DNA from: Candidatus Caenarcanales bacterium
GTDB taxonomy: Bacteria; Cyanobacteriota; Vampirovibrionia; LMEP-6097
NCBI GenBank assembly: GCA_013216135.1
Contig: JABSOS010000016.1
Coordinates: forward strand, 6,718-70,717
Direction: 5' to 3'
Length of the DNA: 64,000 nucleotides
Below the pieces are notes generated by a model. It was not told the origin of the DNA. It saw nothing but the letters and a program-made list of their open reading frames with translations, and made no database searches. Both the position numbers and the translations under genes were made by a program. The stretch's first letter is position 1. Every line of letters starts with the position of its first letter. Positions 17,661-27,699 of the stretch are shown here, one piece after another.

Positions 17661-20600
17661 ATACTAGGCTTCCACATAACCTCCAAACACCCACCCCAGA
17701 AATACTACTTCTTCCCAAACTAGAACTCTGAAGCTTAATCTGAACAGGTATCCTATCCTTAAGCGCAGGAATATGCGAAATAACCCCTATAAGCTTGCCA
17801 TCATCTTTCAAATTAGATAAAACTGAAAGTGCAGTCTCTAAAGCTTCTTCATCTAATGTCCCAAAGCCCTCATCTAAAAACAATGAATCAACTTGCACAT
17901 TAGCACTCGCCATCTTAGATAAACCAAGTGCTAAAGCTAAACTAACGATAAAACTCTCACCACCAGAAAGATTCTTCGTAGAACGAATTTCACCAGCCTG
18001 ATAATTATCCAAAATATTTAAAGCTAAATTATTTTTCTGATCTCTAACTAAAATATACCTATCAGTCATTTTTTCAAGCTGAATATTGGCTTGTGCAATC
18101 ATTATCTCAAAGCTAAGCCCCTGAGCAAAATTCCTAAACTTCTTACCATCAGAAGAACCTATCAACTCATGTAATAAACTAAATCTTTCAAGTTCCTTTT
18201 TCTGAGCATCTAAGTGAGTAAGCTTATCTTTCATCTCATCTTTGGCTTTAGCATTACTCTCTAGTTTCTCTTTAATAATCCCAAGTTCTTGATTTAGTGA
18301 ACTAATCAATGCAAACTTAGCATTAAGTTCTTTTTCATTTTCAAGTAAATCTTTTTCTATATCTAAGTCTTGAGAGTAAGCTAAATTATCAAGCGAAATA
18401 GAAAGCTCTTGCTGGCGGGTTTTAATATTTTCGATATTTAACTTAAGTAATTCATTTTCCTTTTCCAAATTATTCTTAGCAATATTAATATCTTTTTCTT
18501 TTTTAGTTAAAAGGTTCTCAGCACTTACTAATTCATTTTCAAAGTCAGCTAAACTTCCTTCTCCAAATAAATCAATACGCTTACTATATAAATCTTTATT
18601 GATTCTCTCCAACTCTAAACACTCAAGCTCTTTCTTTGAATATCTTTCATTAATTTGCACTAGTGAACTACTTATGGTTTCTAACTTCAATTCAGCTTCT
18701 CTAGATCTTAGCTTCAAGTCTTCAGCTTCATTTTTCTTTTGCTGGATTAGTTTAAAAGCTTTTTCTAAACTTAAATACTTATCTATAATCTTTCCATCAC
18801 CAGAAATTTTAATTTTAAAGTTTGAGAACTTCGCATCAAATCTCTCTTCTAAAGCTTTTAATTCAGAGTCCTGTTTTTTAACTTGCTCAGAAACTAAGCT
18901 ATGCTCTGACTTAAGCTTCACTCCTTTTTCTTTGATAGAATCTCTTTGAGATAAAGATTTCAAGAAATCAGCTTCTAAATTCCTAAGGGTTTTATTTTTT
19001 AAGCTAAGCTCTTTTTCTAAAGTCTCAACTTTATTTATCTTAGACTTTAAATCAACAGCTAAGTTTTCTAAATCTTTTATTGAAAGCTGTTCTATATTTT
19101 CAGTAAAACTTTGATCTAAATTAAACCCTGTTATTCTCTTGAAAAGGTTATCAAGACTTTTATTCGTTAACTCTATTTCCTTTTCAAGTGCACTAGTCTC
19201 AATCAAAAACTTACTATGTTCTTTATTAAGCATGTCTAGATCTTTTCTTTTTAGGTCCAGTTCTGAATCAGAATAATTCAAATCAGGTTCCTTATCTACA
19301 TACGGATGTTCAAGCGAACCACATAACGGGCACTCTTCACCATTACTTAGTTTCATCCTTTCTTCTTCTAAACTCGTTATTTTAAGTGCTTGTTCTTTAT
19401 TCTTCTCAAGTTGAACACAAAGCTCTTCCAATAAAGCTTTCTTATCAGAATTAACTTTCATATCCTTTGCTAATAAATCTAAAGATTTTATCGCTTCAAG
19501 TTTATTTTTTTCAGTAAGGGTAATTTCTTTTCTAGTACCAGTAGTTTCAAACTTAGCTTTAAAGTCATTTAAATCTTCACCATTTAAAATTTCATTTTTT
19601 TGGCTTTCAAGCTGTTTCAATTCAAGTTCAAGTTCATTTTTTTTCTGTTCAGAATTTTTCGATACTTGATCTACTGTTGCAAATTCTTTTCTAGCTTTTT
19701 GAAGCTCTTGTTCTAAAGAGCTATACTTAGACTTCATTTCTAGTGAGTCTTTTTCAAGCTTAGTTAGATTATCCACAATGTTTTTTAATAGAGGTAATTC
19801 TTGTTCAGCAAGCTCATAATCTAAAGCCCCTTTAAAATATTCTTGATATTCATTTAATCTAGTCTGTGACTGACTAATAAAAGTTTTCAAGTTTAAGCTT
19901 TCTTGATTAGTTTTCTCTGATTCAAATTTAATCTGCTTCAATTCACTTAAAGCTTTATCTGAATTTCTTTTAGCTTCATCTAACTTAAAATCAAGCTCAC
20001 GAACATTTTTAATCAAGTCTAAATTTTGCTGTTTAGTTTCAGCAAAAGCCTTCAAATCTCTTTCAATCTGTGACTGCTCTTCTCTAATACCTTCCATTTC
20101 ACCAGCTTTAGAGTTTAAATCTTTTTCTAAAGCCTGAAGAGAACTTTTAGATTTATTCTGCTCAGCTACTAAAGACTTTATTTCTTTTAAATGATTAGAT
20201 TTCTCTGTTAACTTTTTATGCTCTTGACTCAGCTCAGCTTGCCTAAGATCTTTTTCCTTAGAGGAATTTTCAAGTTCTATCAACTCTTCATCACTGAGTA
20301 ATTTAATCGAACTCAATTGATCTTCTAGAGACTGTAATTTAATTTGTTCTTCTCTTCTTCTTTCATGGACACGAAGAGAGATCTGGCTATAGATTTCAGT
20401 TCCAGTAATCTGCTCCAGTATAGGAGCCCTTTCATCAGAGCTTGCTTGAAGGAAGGCAGCAAAGCTGCCTTGTGCTAAAAGAATAGAACGAGTAAACTGT
20501 TCAAAGCTCATCCCGATCTTAGCTTCAACAACTTTTTCCACTTCTTTTAATTTATTAGCTTCAATAATATTTCCTGTTAGATCATCAACTATCTCATGCT

Positions 20601-20937
20601 TAGGCGTCTGAAGTTTACCATCAGCCTTTTTACGAGAACGCCTCTGACTCCAGTTAACTCTATATCTTCCCTTCTTCGTTTCAAAACTGATCTCAGAGAA
20701 GCATTCTCCAGTATGACGAGACATAATCTCATTACTACTTTCTGTAATTTTCCCCAAACGTGCTGTAGAACCATAAAGAGCTAAAGTAATAGCATCAAGT
20801 ATAGTAGTTTTACCAGCTCCAGTAGGTCCAGTAATGGCAAAAATACCATTTTCAATAAAGTTTTCATGACTAAAGTCGATTAGCCATTCACCTACTAAAG
20901 AGTTTAAATTCTTAAAGCGTAGTTCAAGTATCTTCAT
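17659..20937 (-). CDS. sbcC: exonuclease SbcC (Rad50-like ATPase)
   Basis: 1092 aa; Walker A 'GPTGAGKTT', long coiled coil, zinc hook 'CPLCGS', C-terminal signature/D-loop. Confidence 0.85.
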   Translation of the reverse strand: MKILELRFKNLNSLVGEWLIDFSHENFIENGIFAITGPTGAGKTTILDAITLALYGSTARLGKITESSNEIMSRHTGECFSEISFETKKGRYRVNWSQRRSRKKADGKLQTPKHEIVDDLTGNIIEANKLKEVEKVVEAKIGMSFEQFTRSILLAQGSFAAFLQASSDERAPILEQITGTEIYSQISLRVHERRREEQIKLQSLEDQLSSIKLLSDEELIELENSSKEKDLRQAELSQEHKKLTEKSNHLKEIKSLVAEQNKSKSSLQALEKDLNSKAGEMEGIREEQSQIERDLKAFAETKQQNLDLIKNVRELDFKLDEAKRNSDKALSELKQIKFESEKTNQESLNLKTFISQSQTRLNEYQEYFKGALDYELAEQELPLLKNIVDNLTKLEKDSLEMKSKYSSLEQELQKARKEFATVDQVSKNSEQKKNELELELKQLESQKNEILNGEDLNDFKAKFETTGTRKEITLTEKNKLEAIKSLDLLAKDMKVNSDKKALLEELCVQLEKNKEQALKITSLEEERMKLSNGEECPLCGSLEHPYVDKEPDLNYSDSELDLKRKDLDMLNKEHSKFLIETSALEKEIELTNKSLDNLFKRITGFNLDQSFTENIEQLSIKDLENLAVDLKSKINKVETLEKELSLKNKTLRNLEADFLKSLSQRDSIKEKGVKLKSEHSLVSEQVKKQDSELKALEERFDAKFSNFKIKISGDGKIIDKYLSLEKAFKLIQQKKNEAEDLKLRSREAELKLETISSSLVQINERYSKKELECLELERINKDLYSKRIDLFGEGSLADFENELVSAENLLTKKEKDINIAKNNLEKENELLKLNIENIKTRQQELSISLDNLAYSQDLDIEKDLLENEKELNAKFALISSLNQELGIIKEKLESNAKAKDEMKDKLTHLDAQKKELERFSLLHELIGSSDGKKFRNFAQGLSFEIMIAQANIQLEKMTDRYILVRDQKNNLALNILDNYQAGEIRSTKNLSGGESFIVSLALALGLSKMASANVQVDSLFLDEGFGTLDEEALETALSVLSNLKDDGKLIGVISHIPALKDRIPVQIKLQSSSLGRSSISGVGVWRLCGSLV

Positions 20938-22190
20938 TCAGCTTTAATATCTTCCTCCTGAATCGACTTGAGAACCTCACTATAGCTAGCTAGTAACAAG
21001 TCTTGCTTACCTTCTTCAACTTCATTAGTCACTAAACATCTTTTAAAGACTTCCATAGGACTTAAATCCTCAAGCTTCTCTTCGACTTTAAGGCTTGATA
21101 AATAATTTTTCAAAACAGTCTTATTTTTAAACCTAAGCAACTCTATCTCTGAACCAGAAAGTAATTCTAATATTTCTTCTCTAAAGCTCTGTCCTTCAAG
21201 GTCCCCTTCGTACTCTACTTCAAGCCAAATTGAACTATTTGCCGAGAGTAAATCTTCGATACGTTTTTTAATTACAGTTTCATCACCTGCAATTTTTTCA
21301 AGTGACTGAAAATTAGGAATTGGGATTTCTTGAATAGCAGGCTTAGTATCTTCAACTCCATATGCTAAAGTAATTATTTTTTTTACTTGCTTAGCTTCAC
21401 CAAAGCCCATAGGAATAGGTGAGCCACAATAGCGAATATATTCTGAACTTGAAACTTTTTGAGCTATATGTAAATGTCCTAAAGCGACATAATCAAATTC
21501 TTCAGGAAAAGTCTCTGCACTAACATATCCAAGTGAACCTACATACAGATCACGAACTCCTTCTCCAGGGCTGCCTCCGGCAGCAAACAAATGTCCCATT
21601 CCGATAATTGGAATATGTTTCTCAACTCCAGACTTTCCTGCACTTTCTAAGTAGTCATCACGGATAGTAACTGCAATCTCAGCCACCTTAGCATAATGAT
21701 CTTTAATACCTTGAACCAGATTCTCAGACTTAGTCTCTAAACTTTCCCCAGCTTGAACTTTACGCACATCTTTATCTCTAAGATAAGGCACAGCACAAAC
21801 TAATAATTCTAAATCCCCTTGATCATTTTTCAATTCAATAACTTCATCTTCTAAATTCTCAGTCACGGTGCCCACAACATGCACATCTAATGATTTCAAA
21901 ATATTTTTAGGAGCGCTTATAAAAGATGGTGAGTCATGGTTACCTGCGATAACTACGATATGACGGCACTTTGATTTAGCTACATTACATAAAAAACGAT
22001 AATAAATCTCCTGGGCACGGTTATTAGGAACAGAAGTGTCAAATATATCACCTGCAACCAAGAGCACATCAATTTCCTGAAGTTCTATTTCTTTTAATAA
22101 CCAATCAAAAAACGCTTCAAATTCGTCATATCTCTTTCTATCATAGAGATAGCGCCCTATATGCCAATCTGAACTATGGAGAATTTTCAC
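20934..22190 (-). CDS. sbcD: exonuclease SbcD (Mre11-like phosphoesterase)
   Basis: 'MKILHSSDWHIG', 'GDIFD', 'GNHD' phosphoesterase motifs; 4-nt overlap with sbcC. Confidence 0.85.
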   Translation of the reverse strand: MKILHSSDWHIGRYLYDRKRYDEFEAFFDWLLKEIELQEIDVLLVAGDIFDTSVPNNRAQEIYYRFLCNVAKSKCRHIVVIAGNHDSPSFISAPKNILKSLDVHVVGTVTENLEDEVIELKNDQGDLELLVCAVPYLRDKDVRKVQAGESLETKSENLVQGIKDHYAKVAEIAVTIRDDYLESAGKSGVEKHIPIIGMGHLFAAGGSPGEGVRDLYVGSLGYVSAETFPEEFDYVALGHLHIAQKVSSSEYIRYCGSPIPMGFGEAKQVKKIITLAYGVEDTKPAIQEIPIPNFQSLEKIAGDETVIKKRIEDLLSANSSIWLEVEYEGDLEGQSFREEILELLSGSEIELLRFKNKTVLKNYLSSLKVEEKLEDLSPMEVFKRCLVTNEVEEGKQDLLLASYSEVLKSIQEEDIKAE

Positions 22191-22750
22191 TCTATTTCAA
22201 TTCCTATATCTTTAGGTCCAAAAGCAAGTGGCAATAAATCAGATATCTTAGAAACTATAACCTTGTCTGAAACTGTATTTGACATGATTATTTCAATATC
22301 ATGATTAGACCTTTGAGCTGCTTCATATATGACTTGCCTACAAACACCACACGGTGCAACGACATCTTCCGTGTTAAAGTCATCACCTTTGCCAATTATT
22401 GCAATAGCTTTAACTTTAGTTTCTCCGAGAATATTCGCTCTAGCTAAAGCTGATCTTTCAGCACAAATCCCTGGGCTATATGCTGCATTCTCAACATTAG
22501 TGCCAGTTACAATTTTACCTGAAAAACTTCTAAGAGCTGAACCTACGTGAAAATGAGAATAAGGTGCATAGGATTTATCCATTGCTTTTCTAGCTTCATC
22601 TAAAAGCTTTTTTTGCTCATTATTTAAGGACTCATAATTAGTCTCTAGCATCTTGCCAGCCATCACTTTGCTAGGCAACTGAGAACTTTGATTTTGTTTA
22701 ACACAAGAACTTAAGCCAAATAATAATATGACTATTACCGCAAATCTCAT
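22187..22750 (-). CDS. cdd: cytidine deaminase (tetrameric type) with N-terminal lipoprotein-like signal peptide
   Basis: zinc motifs 'CAERSA' and 'PCGVCRQ'; N-terminus 'MRFAVIVILLFGLSSC' (lipobox LSSC); ATGA overlap with sbcD. Confidence 0.75.
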   Translation of the reverse strand: MRFAVIVILLFGLSSCVKQNQSSQLPSKVMAGKMLETNYESLNNEQKKLLDEARKAMDKSYAPYSHFHVGSALRSFSGKIVTGTNVENAAYSPGICAERSALARANILGETKVKAIAIIGKGDDFNTEDVVAPCGVCRQVIYEAAQRSNHDIEIIMSNTVSDKVIVSKISDLLPLAFGPKDIGIEIE

Positions 22751-22772
22751 TAGTATTAAAGGATATCAATAA

Positions 22773-23342
22773 TTAGCTTTGGTGAAAGAATAAATTTTCT
22801 GGAACTTGAAAACCAGAAATTTCAAGAAAAAGCATAAACTCACCATGAGCAGAGTCACCATTTTCTTTAGAAGCCTTTAGCTTTCCGTCATTTAATCTCT
22901 GAACTAGAATAATACTGTGATTATGCACATCACCTTCAATATTAAAAACCATAGAACCAGCAGAGACATATTTCTCAGCATCATAAAAAGATGGAAGTTG
23001 AGACATTGAAGGATCGTAGAAATAGCCTTCACCATTTCTATCTAAAAGCTGGTCTTTTAACTTATTAGCATTAGCAAACTCTAAACTTTGTTGAAAGTAT
23101 TTATTTTCTCTTAGTTCAATATCTTCAGCACCATCTAAAAAAGTCGGCTTTAAGACACCATATACTAAATCTAGTGCTAATAATACTTTTCCTTTAGTTT
23201 CGATAGTAGGATCTACGATCACATAGCTACTATTCTGACCAGAGTCATCTACCTGACAAAATAATTTAAATTTACCTTGGTCTAAACCTTCTTTAATATC
23301 TAATATTTTTGCTTGATCTCTTAGGTCCATCCCTCTACCCAC
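22773..23342 (-). CDS. hypothetical protein
   Basis: 189 aa ORF. Confidence 0.45.
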   Translation of the reverse strand: MGRGMDLRDQAKILDIKEGLDQGKFKLFCQVDDSGQNSSYVIVDPTIETKGKVLLALDLVYGVLKPTFLDGAEDIELRENKYFQQSLEFANANKLKDQLLDRNGEGYFYDPSMSQLPSFYDAEKYVSAGSMVFNIEGDVHNHSIILVQRLNDGKLKASKENGDSAHGEFMLFLEISGFQVPENLFFHQS

Positions 23343-23363
23343 TAAAATTTTAGCGTATTCTCC

Positions 23364-24062
23364 TTAAGTTGCCTGAGTAATTCCTAATAATTGTTGAGAA
23401 ACAGCTTCACTCACTTCTGGGTTAGCTTCATTTAAAACTAAATTTCCTGCTCCTGGTTTCAATTGATTTTTATTAACTTCTGCTTCACCTAAAGCTACGA
23501 CATCTGTACCTATATCAATTCCAGGTTGTTCTTTTATTATCGCATCAGATACGATATTCTCATTGTTAGTAGTAGCAACAAGACCTTTTTCACCAATAGG
23601 GTCTTCCTGAACAGCATTGCCAAATGCCATCCAAGCATCATCAGCCATATTAAGCTCATCTTGTCCCCTAATTCCATCTTTAGGTTGCTCATTTGTAATG
23701 TCTGTTGCCTTACCCATTATTACTGGATCAGTGTCTTTTTCAGCCTTAGACTGAGTTTTTTCTGCAACAGCTACTAAATTATTAACGTCTGCACTCGGTA
23801 ATGGACCAACTTCGGAAATTTTACCATCAGCAATATTTATAACATTATCTCGAGTTAAACCTGAATTATTAAAAGCTTCAGCTTCTGAACTACTAGGATC
23901 TTTTAATGCAACTTTAGCAGCATTTGAAAGTTGACCTTTTTTCTCACCTGGTAAAGAATCTAATCTTTGGGTTTTAACATCTCCACCAACAGGTGGCTTT
24001 GACTTATTAAACGCCAAAGTTCTCTGTTGCATTATTTGAGATTGATTGTTAATTTCACCCAC
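23364..24062 (-). CDS. hypothetical acidic low-complexity protein
   Basis: 232 aa ORF. Confidence 0.45.
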   Translation of the reverse strand: MGEINNQSQIMQQRTLAFNKSKPPVGGDVKTQRLDSLPGEKKGQLSNAAKVALKDPSSSEAEAFNNSGLTRDNVINIADGKISEVGPLPSADVNNLVAVAEKTQSKAEKDTDPVIMGKATDITNEQPKDGIRGQDELNMADDAWMAFGNAVQEDPIGEKGLVATTNNENIVSDAIIKEQPGIDIGTDVVALGEAEVNKNQLKPGAGNLVLNEANPEVSEAVSQQLLGITQAT

Positions 24063-24378
24063 GATTTCATCCTCTCTTCATGTATTCTTAGTAATTACAT
24101 GAGCAGATTAAGATCTGGTAAACAGACCCTTACAATTTACCCAGATAAGTATAAAAACATGTCAATCAAAAACACCATTAACACTACAAATCCTAGTCTA
24201 AGAGGGAATTAGTACCCTGTATTGGTATAATTATATCTTTTAATTTTCTATTAACTTTTCACCTTACATTTATAGGTGTTTATTAACCTAATTTTTACTT
24301 TCAAGGTATATAAAATAGTTGAGAAGATAACACCATAATTTGGGCTTATAATATATAAGCTCAGATTAAGAAGTCAAA

Positions 24379-24915
24379 ATGGAAAAAGAAGAAGCTCTTA
24401 ATCTTATAAATACACTTAGAGATGATACTAAAGAGTACAAAAAGTTACTCATCAGCTCAAAGCATCCAACAATGTCTAAGATCGTTAACAATCATGATCT
24501 GATAGAAGATTTTCGTCAAAAATTAATCACTGCCTATGAACAAATAAACTATGTGATTTATGATATAGGTGATAAACCACAAATTACTTATGGAATTACC
24601 CCTGAAGATTTTTGTGCATATGAAGCAGCCTACGATGATGATCAAGGAAAACTATTTAAAACTTTACCTGCACTAGAGTTATGCATTGAAGATTTACTAA
24701 AAATAAGGAAGAAAGTTATCCATATTGATGAAGCATCCTTCCATGATGTATACGGTGAAAAATTCAAACCTGAAAAAGTACAAAAACAATCAAGCTGGCT
24801 TGAGATGATTTTAGAACCATTTAGTTGGATGTTTAACATAGTACTTAGAAATAAAGTTACTTGCCTTACCATGTCTTTTTTAATACTAGTTTTTATCAAA
24901 TTAGTCTTAAACTAA
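24379..24915 (+). CDS. hypothetical protein with C-terminal TM helix
   Basis: 178 aa ORF; -10-like TATAAT upstream. Confidence 0.45.
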   Translation: MEKEEALNLINTLRDDTKEYKKLLISSKHPTMSKIVNNHDLIEDFRQKLITAYEQINYVIYDIGDKPQITYGITPEDFCAYEAAYDDDQGKLFKTLPALELCIEDLLKIRKKVIHIDEASFHDVYGEKFKPEKVQKQSSWLEMILEPFSWMFNIVLRNKVTCLTMSFLILVFIKLVLN

Positions 24916-24958
24916 AGAAGACAGATCTTTTGAGCTTGAACTTGTTATCATAGTACTG

Positions 24959-25813
24959 ATGGCTATTGATAAATTCAAAGAGACTGTAAAAGCTTTAAGA
25001 GACAAAGAAAAAGGTTGCCCTTGGGTTAAACAACAAACCCATTCATCTTTAAAAAGATATTTACTTGAAGAATTATATGAATGCTTAGAAGCTGTAGATG
25101 AAGTCACAGACTCTAATTCAGAAGCCGATATAGAAAAAGCCAATAAAACGCTTAAAGAAGAACTTGGTGATGTCCTTCTCCAAGTCATGCTTCACTCTCA
25201 AATCGCAGAAGAAAGAGGTGCATTTAGTTTTGCAGATGTAGTGAAAGATATTGATGAAAAGATGATTCGTAGAAACCCTCATGTATTTGCTACAGCAAAA
25301 GCTGAGAATACAGATGAAGTGGATAACAACTGGGAAAAAATTAAAAAGGCAGAAAAGAAATCACGTAAATCTATTTTTGAAGGCATTCCTAAAGAGTTAC
25401 CATCACTAGCAAGAGCGTGGAAAATCTCGAAAAAAGCTGTTCGTGAAAGCTTTGAGTGGGACGAAGAAGAAAAGTTGTATGAGCAATTAAATAGTGAAAT
25501 TGAAGAATTTAAAGAAGTTACTTTGAAGAAAGAAAAGCTGTCTGAAGAAGAGCATGCAGAAGCTGAACTAGAGCTAGGTGATATTTTATTTACTGTTGTA
25601 AACCTTGCTAGATGGTTCAAAATTGATCCAGAAGAGGCTTTAAGAAGAACTAACAATAAATTTGTTGAGCGCTTTAATATCATGGTAGAGATTATTAAAG
25701 AAACAGGCTCTAGTGGCTTGAAAGAACACAGCCCTAGTGAACTTCAAGACTTCTGGCAGAAAGCAAAGTATAAACAACTTGAATTAAAGTCGAAAGAAGC
25801 TTTAAGCCAGTGA
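24959..25813 (+). CDS. mazG: nucleoside triphosphate pyrophosphohydrolase MazG (tandem MazG domains)
   Basis: two 'E.LGD.L..V...A' MazG motifs (LGDVLLQVMLHSQIAEE / LGDILFTVVNLARWF). Confidence 0.75.
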   Translation: MAIDKFKETVKALRDKEKGCPWVKQQTHSSLKRYLLEELYECLEAVDEVTDSNSEADIEKANKTLKEELGDVLLQVMLHSQIAEERGAFSFADVVKDIDEKMIRRNPHVFATAKAENTDEVDNNWEKIKKAEKKSRKSIFEGIPKELPSLARAWKISKKAVRESFEWDEEEKLYEQLNSEIEEFKEVTLKKEKLSEEEHAEAELELGDILFTVVNLARWFKIDPEEALRRTNNKFVERFNIMVEIIKETGSSGLKEHSPSELQDFWQKAKYKQLELKSKEALSQ

Positions 25814-25814
25814 G

Positions 25815-27002
25815 ATGCAAGAAAAGTTTATAGCGCGATGCTTTGAATTAGCAAAACTTGGTGAAACAAATGCTTTCCCAAACCCAATAGTCGGTGCTGT
25901 AATAGTCCATAATGAAAAAGTTATTGGTGAAGGTTTTCATCGTATTTGTGGCAAGGAACACGCTGAGGTAAACGCTGTAAACTCAGTCATAGCTAAGTAT
26001 CCTAAAAACCATAAGGAGATACTAGCTGAGTCAGAAATCTATGTGAGTTTAGAACCTTGTAGCCATACAGGTAAAACCCCACCATGCACTGAGTTAATTA
26101 AAAAATACAGATTCAAGAAATTATGTTTTGCAATCAGTGACCCTAATCCAGACCTTGATCAGAATCGCTTAAAAGCTTTTAAAGCTATTCACAACAATGG
26201 GACAGAGATAGTTTATCCAGAAGAATTAAGCCTAGAAACTAAAAACAACGCAAATTTTATAAATAGAATTTTTTTTCATCTAATTTCATTAAAGAATAAA
26301 CAAAAAAATGAAACGAGAAATCCAAGCTGGATCAATATAAAAATCGCATCATATGCTGACTGTAACATGATTACAAAAGATGAAGATCAGTGGATTACAA
26401 ACAGTGAATCAAGAAAAGATGTTCACCGACTTCGTTCAACCCACGATATCTTAATTACAGGTATTAACTCAATAAAAAACGACAATTCAAAATTAAATAT
26501 TAGGTTTTCAGCTGAAGAACTAAATTTAGCAGATATAAAAACACCTGAGATTGTAATTTTAAAATCAAAACAGAATTTTACAGAAAATGAGAAAAAGAAT
26601 CTTAATATCTTTCAATATCATCACCCTCAAGAATATAAAATTGAAGATGTAGCTAAAGCAAATTCTCTTAAATCAGTATTAGAAGAGCTTTGCAAAAATT
26701 CACCACAAAGAATTATGGTCGAAGCAGGTCCTAAGCTTGCTGAGAGTTTTCTAAAACAAGATCTCTTTAATGAAATTACCCATTACATGTCTCTAAAGGG
26801 ATGCGACAGTTTATACAATGTTAAGAATATCCAAGCTCATGTTTTTTTCCAAAACAATAAAATCATACAAATCTTAGACAATATTCTCAAACACCACCAA
26901 AACTTCTCGAACCACAAGCTTAAAATCATCCACAAGGAGCTCATAAATTCAAAGTGTGGCGAAACACCAGATTTAAAAATAGTAATATCAAAATCACTTT
27001 AA
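25815..27002 (+). CDS. ribD: riboflavin biosynthesis deaminase/reductase RibD-like
   Basis: deaminase zinc motifs 'HAEVNAV' and 'LEPCSHTGKTPPC'; C-terminal reductase-like region with inserts. Confidence 0.65.
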   Translation: MQEKFIARCFELAKLGETNAFPNPIVGAVIVHNEKVIGEGFHRICGKEHAEVNAVNSVIAKYPKNHKEILAESEIYVSLEPCSHTGKTPPCTELIKKYRFKKLCFAISDPNPDLDQNRLKAFKAIHNNGTEIVYPEELSLETKNNANFINRIFFHLISLKNKQKNETRNPSWINIKIASYADCNMITKDEDQWITNSESRKDVHRLRSTHDILITGINSIKNDNSKLNIRFSAEELNLADIKTPEIVILKSKQNFTENEKKNLNIFQYHHPQEYKIEDVAKANSLKSVLEELCKNSPQRIMVEAGPKLAESFLKQDLFNEITHYMSLKGCDSLYNVKNIQAHVFFQNNKIIQILDNILKHHQNFSNHKLKIIHKELINSKCGETPDLKIVISKSL

Positions 27003-27054
27003 GATACATATCAAATACTTAAAGCCAAACCTTTGTATTGCAAAGGAAATTTAC

Positions 27055-27690
27055 ATGTCTTCCATTCGCGATATTTTAACTGCCCCACAACGTATTGAAA
27101 GGTTTAATATTGAATACTTAAATCCAGAACATAATGAAATTTATAAAAAAATTGATGTTGAATCTGAAGATGGTAGCCAAGTTCCAGACCAATTTATAAC
27201 TCCTACAGAAATCCAACAAGCGATAGAAAACAACACTGTAACAATTCCAGAATTAAATAGGGCTGGATTTAAAAAATATACTTCTAATAGCAACACAGAC
27301 TCTAATTACTGGTACAACTATGAATACAAACCAAATATCAACTCAAATGATGAAATATTAACAGAGGGAATACAAAATAATTTAGAATTAATAGCCCAAA
27401 ATACTAAAAATGGCTCAATTCCCATGGCAAATAGTGAAGATAAACCATTTATCTTCTCGATAGGAGATGGTGAGCAAAAGATAGGCTTAAAAGTCAGAGA
27501 AATTGATGGCGATAATGTAACTTACGAAGTATTTAACGGTACACCTATATCATTTATGCAGGAAAACAACTATATAAGCCTTGGTAAGATTACTATAAAC
27601 AATGCTAACAGCGATACTGAAGATCCGTCTTTCAATAATGTAATTGAAAATACTCCAACTCCACCAGACTTAGAAAGATATCTATATTAA
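27055..27690 (+). CDS. hypothetical protein
   Basis: 211 aa ORF; convergent with secY, 9-bp gap. Confidence 0.45.
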   Translation: MSSIRDILTAPQRIERFNIEYLNPEHNEIYKKIDVESEDGSQVPDQFITPTEIQQAIENNTVTIPELNRAGFKKYTSNSNTDSNYWYNYEYKPNINSNDEILTEGIQNNLELIAQNTKNGSIPMANSEDKPFIFSIGDGEQKIGLKVREIDGDNVTYEVFNGTPISFMQENNYISLGKITINNANSDTEDPSFNNVIENTPTPPDLERYLY

Positions 27691-27699
27691 TTTTAATCT

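Noticed and set aside
17795-20784. Short ORFs (17795-18001, 18599-18949, 20589-20774, 20596-20784) inside and antisense to sbcC
   Set aside because: Embedded in a well-supported 1092-aa CDS. Low-complexity translations typical of antisense frames of an AT-rich coiled-coil gene.
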